Assembly (NCBI GenBank): GCA_964466055.1
Contig: CAYXLW010000005.1
Location: forward strand, 49,508 to 81,507
From: an uncultured Candidatus Peribacteria bacterium
Lineage (GTDB): Bacteria > Patescibacteriota > Gracilibacteria > GCA-2401425
Reading direction: 5' to 3'
Length of the DNA: 32,000 bases
Shown: one piece after another, positions 1-9,376 of the stretch
Layout: each line of letters begins with the position of its first letter
Position numbering within the stretch: the first letter of the stretch is position 1
Position numbers and translations under genes: made by a program
The notes under the pieces: generated by a model
Seen by the model: only the letters and a program-made list of their open reading frames with translations
Told to the model about the DNA's origin: nothing
Databases searched by the model: none

Positions 1-10
1 GTCACCGTAA

Positions 11-1303
11 CTAATTGAGCTTAAAGGCTTTGTTATTGGTATTTTGTTCATAACGTTTAATAATTAATTGACAAAAAATAGGCTCTATCTCAACTAGAAA
101 TGCTTTACGTTTCATTTGATCACAAGCAAGCATTGTTGAACCTGAGCCTCCAAAAAGATCTAAAACATTATCACCAATTTTGGTACATCGTCTTAGTGGT
201 CTTTCATGTAATGAAATGGGTTTCTGAGTACTATGTTGATATTGAGTACTTGGAAGTCTTTTTTCTAACCAGATGTTTATAATATCCAGTACATCTTCTA
301 ATGCTCGATTTCCTGTTCCTACTTCTTTATTCAAAATTTCATTTAAGTTCTTTGTTCTTGGATCAAGATATGGTTTACCTCTAGTTGAATACACACAAGA
401 TTCATATACCTTATTGAACGCAATTTGAGGAGTCGGGTTTTGGTTATCTTTTATCCAAAGGCATACTCTTTTATTATTAAGTCCTACTTCCTTATATAAA
501 GATTGTATTAAGCCTATATAATTCTCATCACACCAATAGAAACAATGACAATCCTTTTCTGACACTGTTAAAGCATTTTCCATTGTTTGTTTTAGAAAGG
601 CTTTGTATTCAGCTTCTGTTTTAGAATCATTCACCTTACCTCCATAATTCTTCTTGCCTCCAATTCCTTTGTCATAAGAAAGTCCAATGTTATAAATTGG
701 ATCACAATAAATCATATTGATCTTAGTATCTCCAACCAATTTTTTTACTACTTCTATATCTGTGGAATCACCACAGATTAATTTGTGATTTCCTAATTGG
801 TAAATTTCCCCTTCTTTTACGGTTATTTCTTCTTCTACAATTTTTTCCAGTTCTTCTTCGACATTGAAGTTATTATCTTCAATTTCTAGCACATCGTCCC
901 AAATGGAACTTAAGTCATTGTCATCAAACCCTACATTTAATAAAAGCTCAGTATCGAACTCTTTTAGTATGTCCCATTCCCATTCCCCATGGTTACGATT
1001 TAAACGAAGATTAAGCTCTTTTTCTTGATCTAAATCTGGAATATTAATATAGGCTACAGGGACTTCTTTTATTCCCAGATCTCTTGCAACTTTAAGCCGG
1101 AAATGTCCTCCGATAACTATATTCATCCTTTCCTTAGCAGAATTAACTAAAATAGGATCAACCATCCCGAACTTTTGGACACTTTCTCGCAGATGTGAGA
1201 TTTCTTTATCACTCCACTTTCGGGGATTGTATTCGGCTGATTTTAGCTCTGATATTGGAACGTATGTTACTTCTAAATTGGAATTGTTATTAAACTGTTT
1301 CAT
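11..1303 (-). CDS. ParB-like nuclease domain fused to a DNA methyltransferase (beta-class N6A/N4C type)
   Basis: 430-aa ORF. The N-terminal part looks like a ParB/Srx domain (EYNPRKW, GGHFRLKVARDLG). The C-terminal half has a motif IV-like DPIY (IYCDPIYN) lying upstream of AdoMet motif I (LFGGSGST), which is the beta-class motif order. Confidence 0.8.
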   Translation of the reverse strand: MKQFNNNSNLEVTYVPISELKSAEYNPRKWSDKEISHLRESVQKFGMVDPILVNSAKERMNIVIGGHFRLKVARDLGIKEVPVAYINIPDLDQEKELNLRLNRNHGEWEWDILKEFDTELLLNVGFDDNDLSSIWDDVLEIEDNNFNVEEELEKIVEEEITVKEGEIYQLGNHKLICGDSTDIEVVKKLVGDTKINMIYCDPIYNIGLSYDKGIGGKKNYGGKVNDSKTEAEYKAFLKQTMENALTVSEKDCHCFYWCDENYIGLIQSLYKEVGLNNKRVCLWIKDNQNPTPQIAFNKVYESCVYSTRGKPYLDPRTKNLNEILNKEVGTGNRALEDVLDIINIWLEKRLPSTQYQHSTQKPISLHERPLRRCTKIGDNVLDLFGGSGSTMLACDQMKRKAFLVEIEPIFCQLIIKRYEQNTNNKAFKLN

Positions 1304-1533
1304 TTTTTAAAAATTAAATAATAAAATAATATTTTTTGGCTATGGCTTAAGAATTTTCTGATTTCATAATTATAAAAAGTTAAAAAATAAATATAAGTGT
1401 CAGCCATAGCCTTTGAAACTTCTGGTATTTCACGACTGCTCCAGAATGTTTCGCGAAGCAATTTAACTTTCTCATAGACATAAGGCTTAACATGCAAAAG
1501 CTGGTTTTGGTTGATTGATACTGTTGAAGCCAT
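1300..1533 (-). CDS. hypothetical small protein, 4-nt overlap with the methyltransferase start
   Basis: 77-aa ORF whose stop overlaps the downstream ATG, suggesting translational coupling. The N-terminal half looks protein-like; the C-terminal half is low complexity. No recognisable motif. Confidence 0.3.
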   Translation of the reverse strand: MASTVSINQNQLLHVKPYVYEKVKLLRETFWSSREIPEVSKAMADTYIYFLTFYNYEIRKFLSHSQKILFYYLIFKK

Positions 1534-1633
1534 AATTCATAGTATTTCACATGTTGATTATCATTTTTTTTACATTTTTATTTTTTATCTTCTTAATAAG
1601 ACATCTTTACTTAAAAATTTTCATGCAACTAAA

Positions 1634-1663
1634 AAAACTCAACTTAACTTTAAGCTGAGTTTT
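1634..1663 (-). terminator. putative intrinsic terminator after the MBL hydrolase gene
   Basis: Hairpin AAAACTCA/TGAGTTTT (8 bp) plus an inner 4 bp around a tetraloop, flanked by A/T runs. It lies about 50 nt past the stop at 1714. Confidence 0.35.
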
Positions 1664-1713
1664 TGAGTATTTCTTAACAACTAAACCTTACTTTTTGATG
1701 ATTATTATATTAT

Positions 1714-2520
1714 TTAGCGACTAAAGTTTAAGCTTGCCTTTTTCAACATTTCATCCAAAGCTCCAATGTGTTCACGTATTTCTCCAAGAAAAAATTCTGA
1801 ATCATGCCCAGGAAAAATAATTGTATCATCAGGAAATTTTTCAACATCGTCTAGTATGCTTATGACACTTGCTTTTAATTTTTCAACATCTCCAAATGGA
1901 TCAATAAATTTCGCAATAAACCCTTCTTTTCTTTTTGAATTATAAGGAAGCAGTGAATCTCCTGTGAATAAAATTTTATTATCTTTATCTTTAATATAAA
2001 AACATACTGACCCTGGAGTATGCCCAGGAGTATGAATAATTTCAATATTATCATTTAAATTTGGTTCTTTTTCATTAAATACAGATGTATTTTCTATATA
2101 TGAAAGAGTATGTATAGCTTCTCCATATTCCTTTTCTAATTTGTGAATAAATGCTATTGTGGATCTTGTTTCTTCTATTATATACGGAAGAGAATGCATA
2201 TGATCAATATGCGAATGTGTTAAAAACACTTTTAAATTTCTTTTATTTAAATCTAAACAATCAACAAGCATTTTAGGGTGTCCACCTGGATCAATTATTA
2301 TTGATTCCCCTTTATAATTAATTTCATAGCAATTTTGTTTAAAATTTAAGCTTTTTTTGATTGATTCAAAAACAACTTTAATTATTGTACTTATTCTTTT
2401 TATTCTTAAACTAGGAAAATCAAATATTTTTTCTTTATAATCAACTGCGGGAAAGATAGTATTTATGTTAACTGCATCATAACTATATCTAATTTCTATG
2501 TCTTTTTCCTTGTATTTCAT
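1714..2520 (-). CDS. MBL-fold metallo-hydrolase, glyoxalase II (hydroxyacylglutathione hydrolase)-like
   Basis: 268-aa ORF with the HxHxDH motif (THSHIDHMH), then HTPGHTPGS, a GD motif and a late PGHD, the pattern typical of GloB-like thioester hydrolases. Confidence 0.8.
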   Translation of the reverse strand: MKYKEKDIEIRYSYDAVNINTIFPAVDYKEKIFDFPSLRIKRISTIIKVVFESIKKSLNFKQNCYEINYKGESIIIDPGGHPKMLVDCLDLNKRNLKVFLTHSHIDHMHSLPYIIEETRSTIAFIHKLEKEYGEAIHTLSYIENTSVFNEKEPNLNDNIEIIHTPGHTPGSVCFYIKDKDNKILFTGDSLLPYNSKRKEGFIAKFIDPFGDVEKLKASVISILDDVEKFPDDTIIFPGHDSEFFLGEIREHIGALDEMLKKASLNFSR

Positions 2521-2670
2521 TTTTTATAAACTTACTTAATAAAATATATTTTAAAGATGAACACAATATAACTTGACTATTTTTATTAAATATGATTAGA
2601 TAAGCTCTTAAATTATTTTTTAATTTAAGGGGAAATTATATTACATAATTTATATTAATACAATACATAT

Positions 2671-4128
2671 ATGAATGTTGTAAAAGAGCCATTATGGAAA
2701 TATAGACCTGCAAATGACATAAAGGATAAAAAATGGAAAGATATTTTACCAGAAGGTGTATTAGATCAAATTAAAGATACTGATTTTTTTAACTTAATAA
2801 GTTTTTCTGAAGAAGATATTAAAAAAATACAGGAAAATCCTATACAGAAAAACAGAATTTCTGTTGTTTTGTCTGTATATGATGGAGATGATTTATTGCC
2901 ACATACTTTTAAAGCATTAGTAAGGCAAATAAAGAAGGCAGGACTACATGGAGAAATTTTTATTGTATTAAACAGAGGAGGTGGGACTACTGCTAATTAT
3001 TTGAATTCAGAGAATGCAGAAAATATCAAAAAAGATTTAGGACTTTCAGAAGTAGCTTTTACAAAATCTACTAGAGATCATCTTTCAAAAACTGATAAAG
3101 ACAATGCTAAAATACCTGGCAACATACAACTAGATTCTTCACATATGGAAGATAGAGATTCTAATGATGTTAAATTAATAGTTGTAGAGCAAGATAATAT
3201 AGAAGCTAATGCAGGAAAAATAAGAGGATTACGAGATGCATATAATTTTTTATTTGATATATCTACAAGGAGCAACTTTAGACCAGAGTTTTTATTTTCA
3301 ATAGATGCTGAAACTATTTTGCATCCAAGAGATGAAGAAACGGGAGCAGTTGATTTAGAAAATGATAATTCACTTCTTTCATTAATAAAAAAGACAAAGA
3401 ATGGAGAAGTTATAGTTGGAGCTAAAAGTGAATTCATTCCTTTTAAAGAGGGAAAACCAGATTGGGATGCAGAGATTTATGTTCCGACAGCTATGCTAAA
3501 TGGAGTACATGGAATATCTCCCACTGTAGATTATGTACCACTATCAAAATTTGGAAATTCCGAAGATTCTCCACTTTCATTTTTATGTGGAGGAGCAATT
3601 TTAGGAGACTATGCAAGCATTCTAGGCTTGATGAGAAATATTTCTACTATTTTCCCTGGCATTAGAACGGAAGACACGTTTTTATCAATTGCAACCCGAT
3701 TATTAAGTATTAGAACGTCTATTGATCAAGGAGTAGTTCATTTAAATAGGTGCCCTGATGTTAAATATCAAGATAGAAAAGCTTTTAGTAAAGATGCTAT
3801 TACAAAGGCTAGAATAAAAATAAAATCAGGTGCTTCAATAGAATCGGTATTGATTGACAGTGAGCTTCAAATGACAAGATGGTTACAAGGGAATGCAGGA
3901 ATTCAAAACGTGATACCAAAAGATATCTATCATTTATGTTCAAGGGATTTTGATCCTACTAGTTCAAATGGTAATTCTTATATTAAGAATTTAAAATTAC
4001 GTAGAAATATAAATTATAGTAAAGAAGAATTATTATGGTGTTTATATAGATTTAATACTTTTATACAAGATATAGTAAAAAACTCCCCTGATGATATTAA
4101 AGAAGGAAAAGCTTCATGGTTTAGATAA
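2671..4128 (+). CDS. GT-A fold (family 2-like) glycosyltransferase-like protein
   Basis: 485-aa ORF. The N-terminal ISVVLSVYDGDDLL...ALVRQ resembles the GT2 nucleotide-sugar binding start. NAGKIRGLRDAYN and a DxD-like SIDAET follow. Divergent, so the call is weak. Confidence 0.5.
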   Translation: MNVVKEPLWKYRPANDIKDKKWKDILPEGVLDQIKDTDFFNLISFSEEDIKKIQENPIQKNRISVVLSVYDGDDLLPHTFKALVRQIKKAGLHGEIFIVLNRGGGTTANYLNSENAENIKKDLGLSEVAFTKSTRDHLSKTDKDNAKIPGNIQLDSSHMEDRDSNDVKLIVVEQDNIEANAGKIRGLRDAYNFLFDISTRSNFRPEFLFSIDAETILHPRDEETGAVDLENDNSLLSLIKKTKNGEVIVGAKSEFIPFKEGKPDWDAEIYVPTAMLNGVHGISPTVDYVPLSKFGNSEDSPLSFLCGGAILGDYASILGLMRNISTIFPGIRTEDTFLSIATRLLSIRTSIDQGVVHLNRCPDVKYQDRKAFSKDAITKARIKIKSGASIESVLIDSELQMTRWLQGNAGIQNVIPKDIYHLCSRDFDPTSSNGNSYIKNLKLRRNINYSKEELLWCLYRFNTFIQDIVKNSPDDIKEGKASWFR

Positions 4129-4158
4129 ATATAATGAAACTGTTTAATAAGATTTTAT

Positions 4159-5385
4159 TTATCTTATGTATTTTAATAACATACTTCTAGTATGTATTCC
4201 TGCTCCCCATGCCGTTAGTGCAATTATATCACCATCTTTCCATTGTATATTTTCTGTTTTCAACTCTTCTTCAATCTCTAATAAAATTTCTTTAGGGGTA
4301 TTTAATATAGCATATATTAAAAGAGGAATTGAGCTTGAGCTTACATTTCCTTTTTTCATAAAAATAGGAGCTGTTATATTTGGGAATTTAGCTTTTACTT
4401 TTTCAATAATTTTTTCAACAATCACTTTATTAGCTTGATGTGTAAGTAAATGGTCAATATTTTCTATCCCTAAATGATTTGCTAATTCTATTACTCCTTC
4501 ACTCATATCATTTACAGCTCTTCTAAAAGTTGGTTTCCCATTCATTCTAATTTTTGGCTTACCATCAGTATTTTTCCCATCATCGTTAAATAAAACATCT
4601 TCTCCCTTGGCTTCTGTTGTAGGGTTTCCTCTGTCGTCTACAAATTCTCGATAGTACTTTTTTCTTTCGCCAAGAATTTTTGCCCCTTCATGATTTTCTT
4701 TTGTTACAATAGATGCAGTAGCTTGATCTCCAAATAATACACATGTATTTCCATCTGAGAAATCAACTATTCTACTAAGCATATCATTTGTTAAGATAAC
4801 AACATGCTTAAGTTCATCAGAACTATTAAGCATTTCTGCTGCTAAAGAAATACCTCCTATGTATCCATTACAAGCTTCATTAACTATCCCCAAAGCTTTT
4901 AAACTTGTATTTTCAGCTATTCTTTCAAGTGTTGAATTTGCTTTATTGATATCACTTCTAAGTGGCAATTGAGAATTAGAATCAAGTATTGTTCCAGTAG
5001 ACATTATTATCCCAGTATTATTAGAATTAATATCAATATTGCTTTTTTGTTTTAATTGATCAAGCAAATGTTTTATAGCTTCTTCTCCCATTTCTATATG
5101 GGAAGAATTTTTAAATTCCCTATACTGAATTCCTATTTTCTTAAAGAACTCTTCATCGTACCTTTCAAAATTTTTAACATTTATTTTCCACTCAGGATGG
5201 ATTAGCTCTATTAACCAGTCAGGATATTTTTCGCCGTCATCATTTTTTACCCTCGATAAAGCTTCCTTATCAAGTTTAAAATGACGATTCTCAAATCTTA
5301 TGCCAGAAGAACTTAATCCAATTGCTGGGAGTAGCCTAATATCACCATCTGTGTGTTTTTGAAAAGAATCTGGATTGCTGGTCAT
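4159..5385 (-). CDS. 3-oxoacyl-ACP synthase III (FabH/KASIII)-like condensing enzyme with an N-terminal extension of about 110 aa
   Basis: 408-aa ORF with a thiolase-fold catalytic triad context: Cys in EACNGY, His in THQAN, Asn in GNVSSSSIP, and a C-terminal WGAG. Confidence 0.75.
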   Translation of the reverse strand: MTSNPDSFQKHTDGDIRLLPAIGLSSSGIRFENRHFKLDKEALSRVKNDDGEKYPDWLIELIHPEWKINVKNFERYDEEFFKKIGIQYREFKNSSHIEMGEEAIKHLLDQLKQKSNIDINSNNTGIIMSTGTILDSNSQLPLRSDINKANSTLERIAENTSLKALGIVNEACNGYIGGISLAAEMLNSSDELKHVVILTNDMLSRIVDFSDGNTCVLFGDQATASIVTKENHEGAKILGERKKYYREFVDDRGNPTTEAKGEDVLFNDDGKNTDGKPKIRMNGKPTFRRAVNDMSEGVIELANHLGIENIDHLLTHQANKVIVEKIIEKVKAKFPNITAPIFMKKGNVSSSSIPLLIYAILNTPKEILLEIEEELKTENIQWKDGDIIALTAWGAGIHTRSMLLKYIR

Positions 5386-5493
5386 GTTTTATTATTACTT
5401 CTTTATTTAAAGCTAAAACTTAGCAAGTAATGTTCGTCGTTAATTACAAGACTATATATAATCATAATTATAATATTAAGTCAATATCGATTT

Positions 5494-5510
5494 CTGACAT
5501 TCTAAAAAAA
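5494..5510. repeat. IS left terminal inverted repeat CTGACATTCTAAAAAAA
   Basis: Exact reverse complement of 6799-6815. Confidence 0.85.
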
Positions 5511-5624
5511 ACTCGATCGATAGGCAAAGATTTTGTTTATAGGTAGAGGGAAATATGACTTGAAATAAAACGAAAAAAAAGTACAAATTGTTTGGGGACA
5601 GCTGTACTTTTTAACGTTTTTAAC

Positions 5625-6807
5625 ATGAAAAAGTTCTCAAATTTTGCGCACAATGTCAAAAGTTTTTCAGAAATATTCACGAAGCCCAGTTACAAAATAT
5701 TTAAAGGGATTGTAGAAGCGATGGTCAAAGAAATGGATTACTCGCAATCCAATTTGTCATTGTGTAGCGGAAAAACACTTGGACAAATACAGTATTTTTT
5801 TGCTAAAGCAAAATGGAGTTTTACGAAACTCAATGGATATCGTCTTAGATTTATGAGAAACAAGCCAAACTTCAGGGATAGAAAAAGTGATTATGCGGTA
5901 CTTGATGGTACTGTAACAACAAAAGATAAAGATAGTGAGTTCAAAGGTTTACTATCCGCAGTCTACTCAAACCGAGATAAACGGATCGTAAATGGCATAA
6001 AACTCTTTGGAGGAAGCGTACTGACTCAAGATGGAGTGAAATACATTGTAGACTTTCTTTTCTACATAAAGAGCATCTGGCTGTCAGAAAATCAGGCTTG
6101 GAAAATGTTTGCAAAGAAAGTTGCATCAAAAACTTCTGCATATCTTTTTGTTCTGGATTCTGGATTTAAAAGCCCATATATAATTGAGTTCATCTTTCAT
6201 ACTCTCAAACGTCATTTCCTACTACGTATTGGGAAAAATCAGATATTCCTCATGCAAAATCAGGAAGCCAAAAAATATTCCAAGAAACTAAGAAAACTCT
6301 GGGTTTTCCCAAAGGTTATTCTTTCTTCTTGGCACAAGGTTTTTCCAGAGAATGTTACGGTTATTGTATACCATAGAAATGGATTTCTTGATCCCATTGT
6401 GCTTGTTGCCTCATTGGAAATCACGGAAACACAACAAGCTTTTGATATTGTTCAAATCTACTTCAAAAGATGGAGTATTGAGCAACTTTTTAAAGAGGTG
6501 AAATCTTGGTTTAACTTTGAAAAATTTCGCGTCACTTCTTTGCATGCTCTCGGAAAATTCCTCCATCTGGTTGTCTTTATTCATTCTCTCATGTCTACGT
6601 TATTTTTTGAACTCCAAAAATACACTAAACTCTTTGAGATTATACGCTGAGATTATACGCTTTGTGGTAAAGAAATCCCGTAATATCATTGAGCTTACCG
6701 TGGTCAGTTTGAAACTCTTTTTCCAATCACTTCATTCCATTTGCTTTACCCATCATCCTTGGCTACACAATCACCAAAAAATCATTTTACTCACACACTT
6801 TTTTTAG
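5625..6807 (+). pseudogene. DDE transposase, frameshifted by a 13-bp tandem duplication
   Basis: The likely start is ATG 5625 (MKKFSNF...). YFKRWSIEQLFKEVK fits the Y-(2)-R-(3)-E-(6)-K signature of IS4-type transposases. The frame stops at TGA 6648-6650 inside the duplication and continues in the +1-shifted ORF 6517..6807 (EIIRFVVKK...). Removing one 13-bp copy restores one frame of about 389 aa. Confidence 0.75.
6636..6661. repeat. 13-bp perfect tandem duplication GAGATTATACGCT x2
   Basis: Read directly: 6636-6648 equals 6649-6661. The junction creates the TGA stop. Confidence 0.9.
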
Positions 6808-6815
6808 AATGTCAG
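6799..6815. repeat. IS right terminal inverted repeat TTTTTTTAGAATGTCAG
   Basis: Exact reverse complement of 5494-5510. Confidence 0.85.
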
Positions 6816-6816
6816 T

Positions 6817-7737
6817 TCATTGTATTTCTCCTTTATCTTTTAATCTTCTAATATAATTTCTTATTATTTGCTCTTCTGTTTCGATGTTAGTATCACTAAT
6901 CTTTTTTTGTATATTTATAGCCTTCTTCCTAAGACTATCATTTTTACAATCTTCAAGGTTTTTTAAATGTTCTTCTATTGTAACCTTTTTACCATAAAAG
7001 CCCTTTAAAAGTTCTTCTAATTTATAATTGTTAAATCCTTCTGTTATTTTTTCATAACAATCCTTTTCTTTTTTATATTTTTTAAATAATTTCTTTAAAA
7101 TATTTTTTTTGTCTTTTGAAATATCAATAGCCTCAAAATCAATTCTATCCAATTTTTTTTGCATAGGTTTTATTTCTGTTTTCCATGCACTCATTACTTG
7201 CTTCTTTAGCGTATGAGGGAAGATTTCAATAAATAGTCTTCCATTTTTTTCACGTATTTCAAATCCTTTATCATAGATTTTAAAATCTTCTAAAGGAGGT
7301 AATGTAATTCCCTTTCCTTTTTTGTATTTGTAATCAGAGTTTAAACAAATTGGATCATCACATAATTCTTCATGAAACAATACAAATCTCCTAAACATAT
7401 CTTTCATTTTCCCTCCTATATTATAATCTTTATCTTTTGTTAAAGATTCAAATTCTTTATTAAATTTATCCATATTTCTAATCACATAATAATCTTCTAG
7501 ATCTGGATCAGAGCACTCACACATATCTTTAAATATTTCAGCTTCTTTCCTTTTAGTAGGAATATCAAATTTTTTTCTTAAAATTTTAACTTTTTTTAAA
7601 AGTTTTTCATTTTCTAATATGAACATTGCTTCTTTCTTGAACTGTTCTGAAATATCTCCACCTTGGTATAAACGATTTTGTTTATATAAATCATTTATAA
7701 ATTTTTTGTGTTTTTTAACTGTAAATTTCATCGACAT
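6817..7737 (-). CDS. hypothetical Lys/Glu-rich protein
   Basis: 306-aa ORF with no recognised motif. Its stop codon lies 1 nt from the IS right end. It sits 59 nt downstream of the HAD gene on the same strand. Confidence 0.55.
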   Translation of the reverse strand: MSMKFTVKKHKKFINDLYKQNRLYQGGDISEQFKKEAMFILENEKLLKKVKILRKKFDIPTKRKEAEIFKDMCECSDPDLEDYYVIRNMDKFNKEFESLTKDKDYNIGGKMKDMFRRFVLFHEELCDDPICLNSDYKYKKGKGITLPPLEDFKIYDKGFEIREKNGRLFIEIFPHTLKKQVMSAWKTEIKPMQKKLDRIDFEAIDISKDKKNILKKLFKKYKKEKDCYEKITEGFNNYKLEELLKGFYGKKVTIEEHLKNLEDCKNDSLRKKAINIQKKISDTNIETEEQIIRNYIRRLKDKGEIQ

Positions 7738-7796
7738 TTTTATAAAAAATTACGATGAACAGTATAATACAAATTAAAAACTTCTAAACATGCTTT

Positions 7797-8132
7797 TTAA
7801 ATAATCCTCATTTCAATTTCTTTCCAATTATTCTTATATTCAATCGCTCTGTCACAAATGTAATAATCTGCTACCACCTTTCCTTTATCTCTATAAATCT
7901 CATCATAAAGGATATTATTGTCTTTTAAGAACTGTATCATCTCTGTTTCATATTTCTCATTGTCATCAAAGTAGTCACTGTTGCTTCTGCAAGAATAGAT
8001 GATGACATACCAACCTTTTGCCTTAAATTTTTCTATCACTTCCTTACCGCCCTCTTCCAATTCTCCAATCTCTGGGAATTTGTCTTTACAGATAGTACCG
8101 TCAAAGTCTATTGCTATACGTTTTTGTGTCAT
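7797..8132 (-). CDS. HAD-superfamily mini-phosphatase (DxDxT type; nucleotidase / polynucleotide 3'-phosphatase-like)
   Basis: 111-aa ORF with motif I IAIDFDGTI and motif II-like IIYSCRS. It has a 4-nt ATGA overlap with the upstream beta-CASP gene. Confidence 0.6.
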   Translation of the reverse strand: MTQKRIAIDFDGTICKDKFPEIGELEEGGKEVIEKFKAKGWYVIIYSCRSNSDYFDDNEKYETEMIQFLKDNNILYDEIYRDKGKVVADYYICDRAIEYKNNWKEIEMRII

Positions 8133-9373
8133 ATTTTAAGAGGCTTATTATCTGGTAAAATTGTTACATTAGAGAAGTATTCTTTGTACTTCTCTGGTTC
8201 TTGTGTATGAACGGGGATAACTGTTTTAGGATTAACTGCATTAACTAATCTTTCCATTTCATTTACTCCACCATGTCCTGAAGTATGGATATGGTAAAAG
8301 TTCATTTCTTTTTCTTTACATAAATCCTGTAAGTCAGAATCTTCTAAATATCCCTCCCATAAACCCCAAATGAAATTAGCGTTCTTTAATGGATACAATC
8401 TATCAAAGAATTTTCTTGAACCTCTATTGTCCTTAAACAAGAAAACTAAATCTTTTTTTCTTTCTGCCATTTCATCAGATGTTATTTTAGATTTTCTATA
8501 TCTGTAAACATTTTCTTTATATCCATTATCTAAAAGAACCTTTGTTTGATTAGGTGAGAAGTACACTCTTATGTTTCTCCAATCATATTGTGGAAGTGTT
8601 TTTGATTTATTTCCTAACTCTTCAAGTACAAATGCTGTGTATGGATCAATTATAAGCTCCTTCTTTGCTTTAGTGGTTGCTTTATAGATGCTTACTAATC
8701 TATCTATATTCTGTGATGCTACTGTAATTAATGATATATTTTCTTGTTTTTCAAAAATCTTTATCAATGCTTTTTCAACGGCTTCTTCTGTGGGATACTT
8801 TTCATTATTTCTAGTAATTCTTGTACCTTCTAAAAGTAAGATGTTTATATTTTTAGGGATATCTTTTAGAAGTTTTGGGAATAGATATTTTTCTCTTCCT
8901 GCTACCCCCCTAAAATCTCCACTAAAGAATATTTGTTTATCTTCATGTTCAAATAGAAATGCGTAACTATCAAATGCAGAATGATTTACTCTGTATGGCG
9001 TTATTTTAATATCTCCAATATTAAAAGATTTTCTATCTTCAAATAATTGGATATTCTCTATCTCTATGCACATATCTCTTAAAAACAAGTTTGATATTTT
9101 TATAATTGATCTAGCTCCTTCACTCATAAATACGGGAACAGTTTTTGGTATTTCGTTCATTTCTCCGTAATGGTCTTGATGTCCATGTGAAAGTAATACT
9201 GCCTTTTGTTTCTTATCATCCTCTACTATTTTCTTAAAGTTTAAAGTTTCTCGTTTCTCGTCAGAGAGTGGCATTCCCATATCAATGATAATGTTTGTCA
9301 TCTCTGTGCTTACAGAAATACAAGTTCCTCCTATTTCTGATGAGCCTCTTATTATTTTTAGTTCTATACTCAT
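8129..9373 (-). CDS. beta-CASP family metallo-beta-lactamase nuclease (RNase J / CPSF / Artemis-like fold)
   Basis: 414-aa ORF with MBL motifs HGHQDH, VNHS and SGDF, plus beta-CASP motif A (LLLEGT), motif B (HTSGH) and motif C (PVHT). Confidence 0.8.
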   Translation of the reverse strand: MSIELKIIRGSSEIGGTCISVSTEMTNIIIDMGMPLSDEKRETLNFKKIVEDDKKQKAVLLSHGHQDHYGEMNEIPKTVPVFMSEGARSIIKISNLFLRDMCIEIENIQLFEDRKSFNIGDIKITPYRVNHSAFDSYAFLFEHEDKQIFFSGDFRGVAGREKYLFPKLLKDIPKNINILLLEGTRITRNNEKYPTEEAVEKALIKIFEKQENISLITVASQNIDRLVSIYKATTKAKKELIIDPYTAFVLEELGNKSKTLPQYDWRNIRVYFSPNQTKVLLDNGYKENVYRYRKSKITSDEMAERKKDLVFLFKDNRGSRKFFDRLYPLKNANFIWGLWEGYLEDSDLQDLCKEKEMNFYHIHTSGHGGVNEMERLVNAVNPKTVIPVHTQEPEKYKEYFSNVTILPDNKPLKI

Positions 9374-9376
9374 GTT

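Larger units (their letters stand above)
5494..6815 (+). mobile_element. IS element (IS4-superfamily DDE transposase), 1322 bp
   Basis: Perfect 17-bp terminal inverted repeats bracket a single transposase reading frame. No clear target-site duplication could be read. Confidence 0.8.

Noticed and set aside
6517-6807. The 96-aa ORF as an independent gene inside the IS element.
   Set aside because: Its last 48 or so codons are the displaced C-terminus of the transposase after the 13-bp duplication. The upstream part simply overlaps the transposase out of frame.
5481-6830. A target-site duplication flanking the IS element.
   Set aside because: The flanks read ...ATCGATTT | IS | TTCATTGT..., so only a trivial TT is shared. 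No direct repeat can be claimed.
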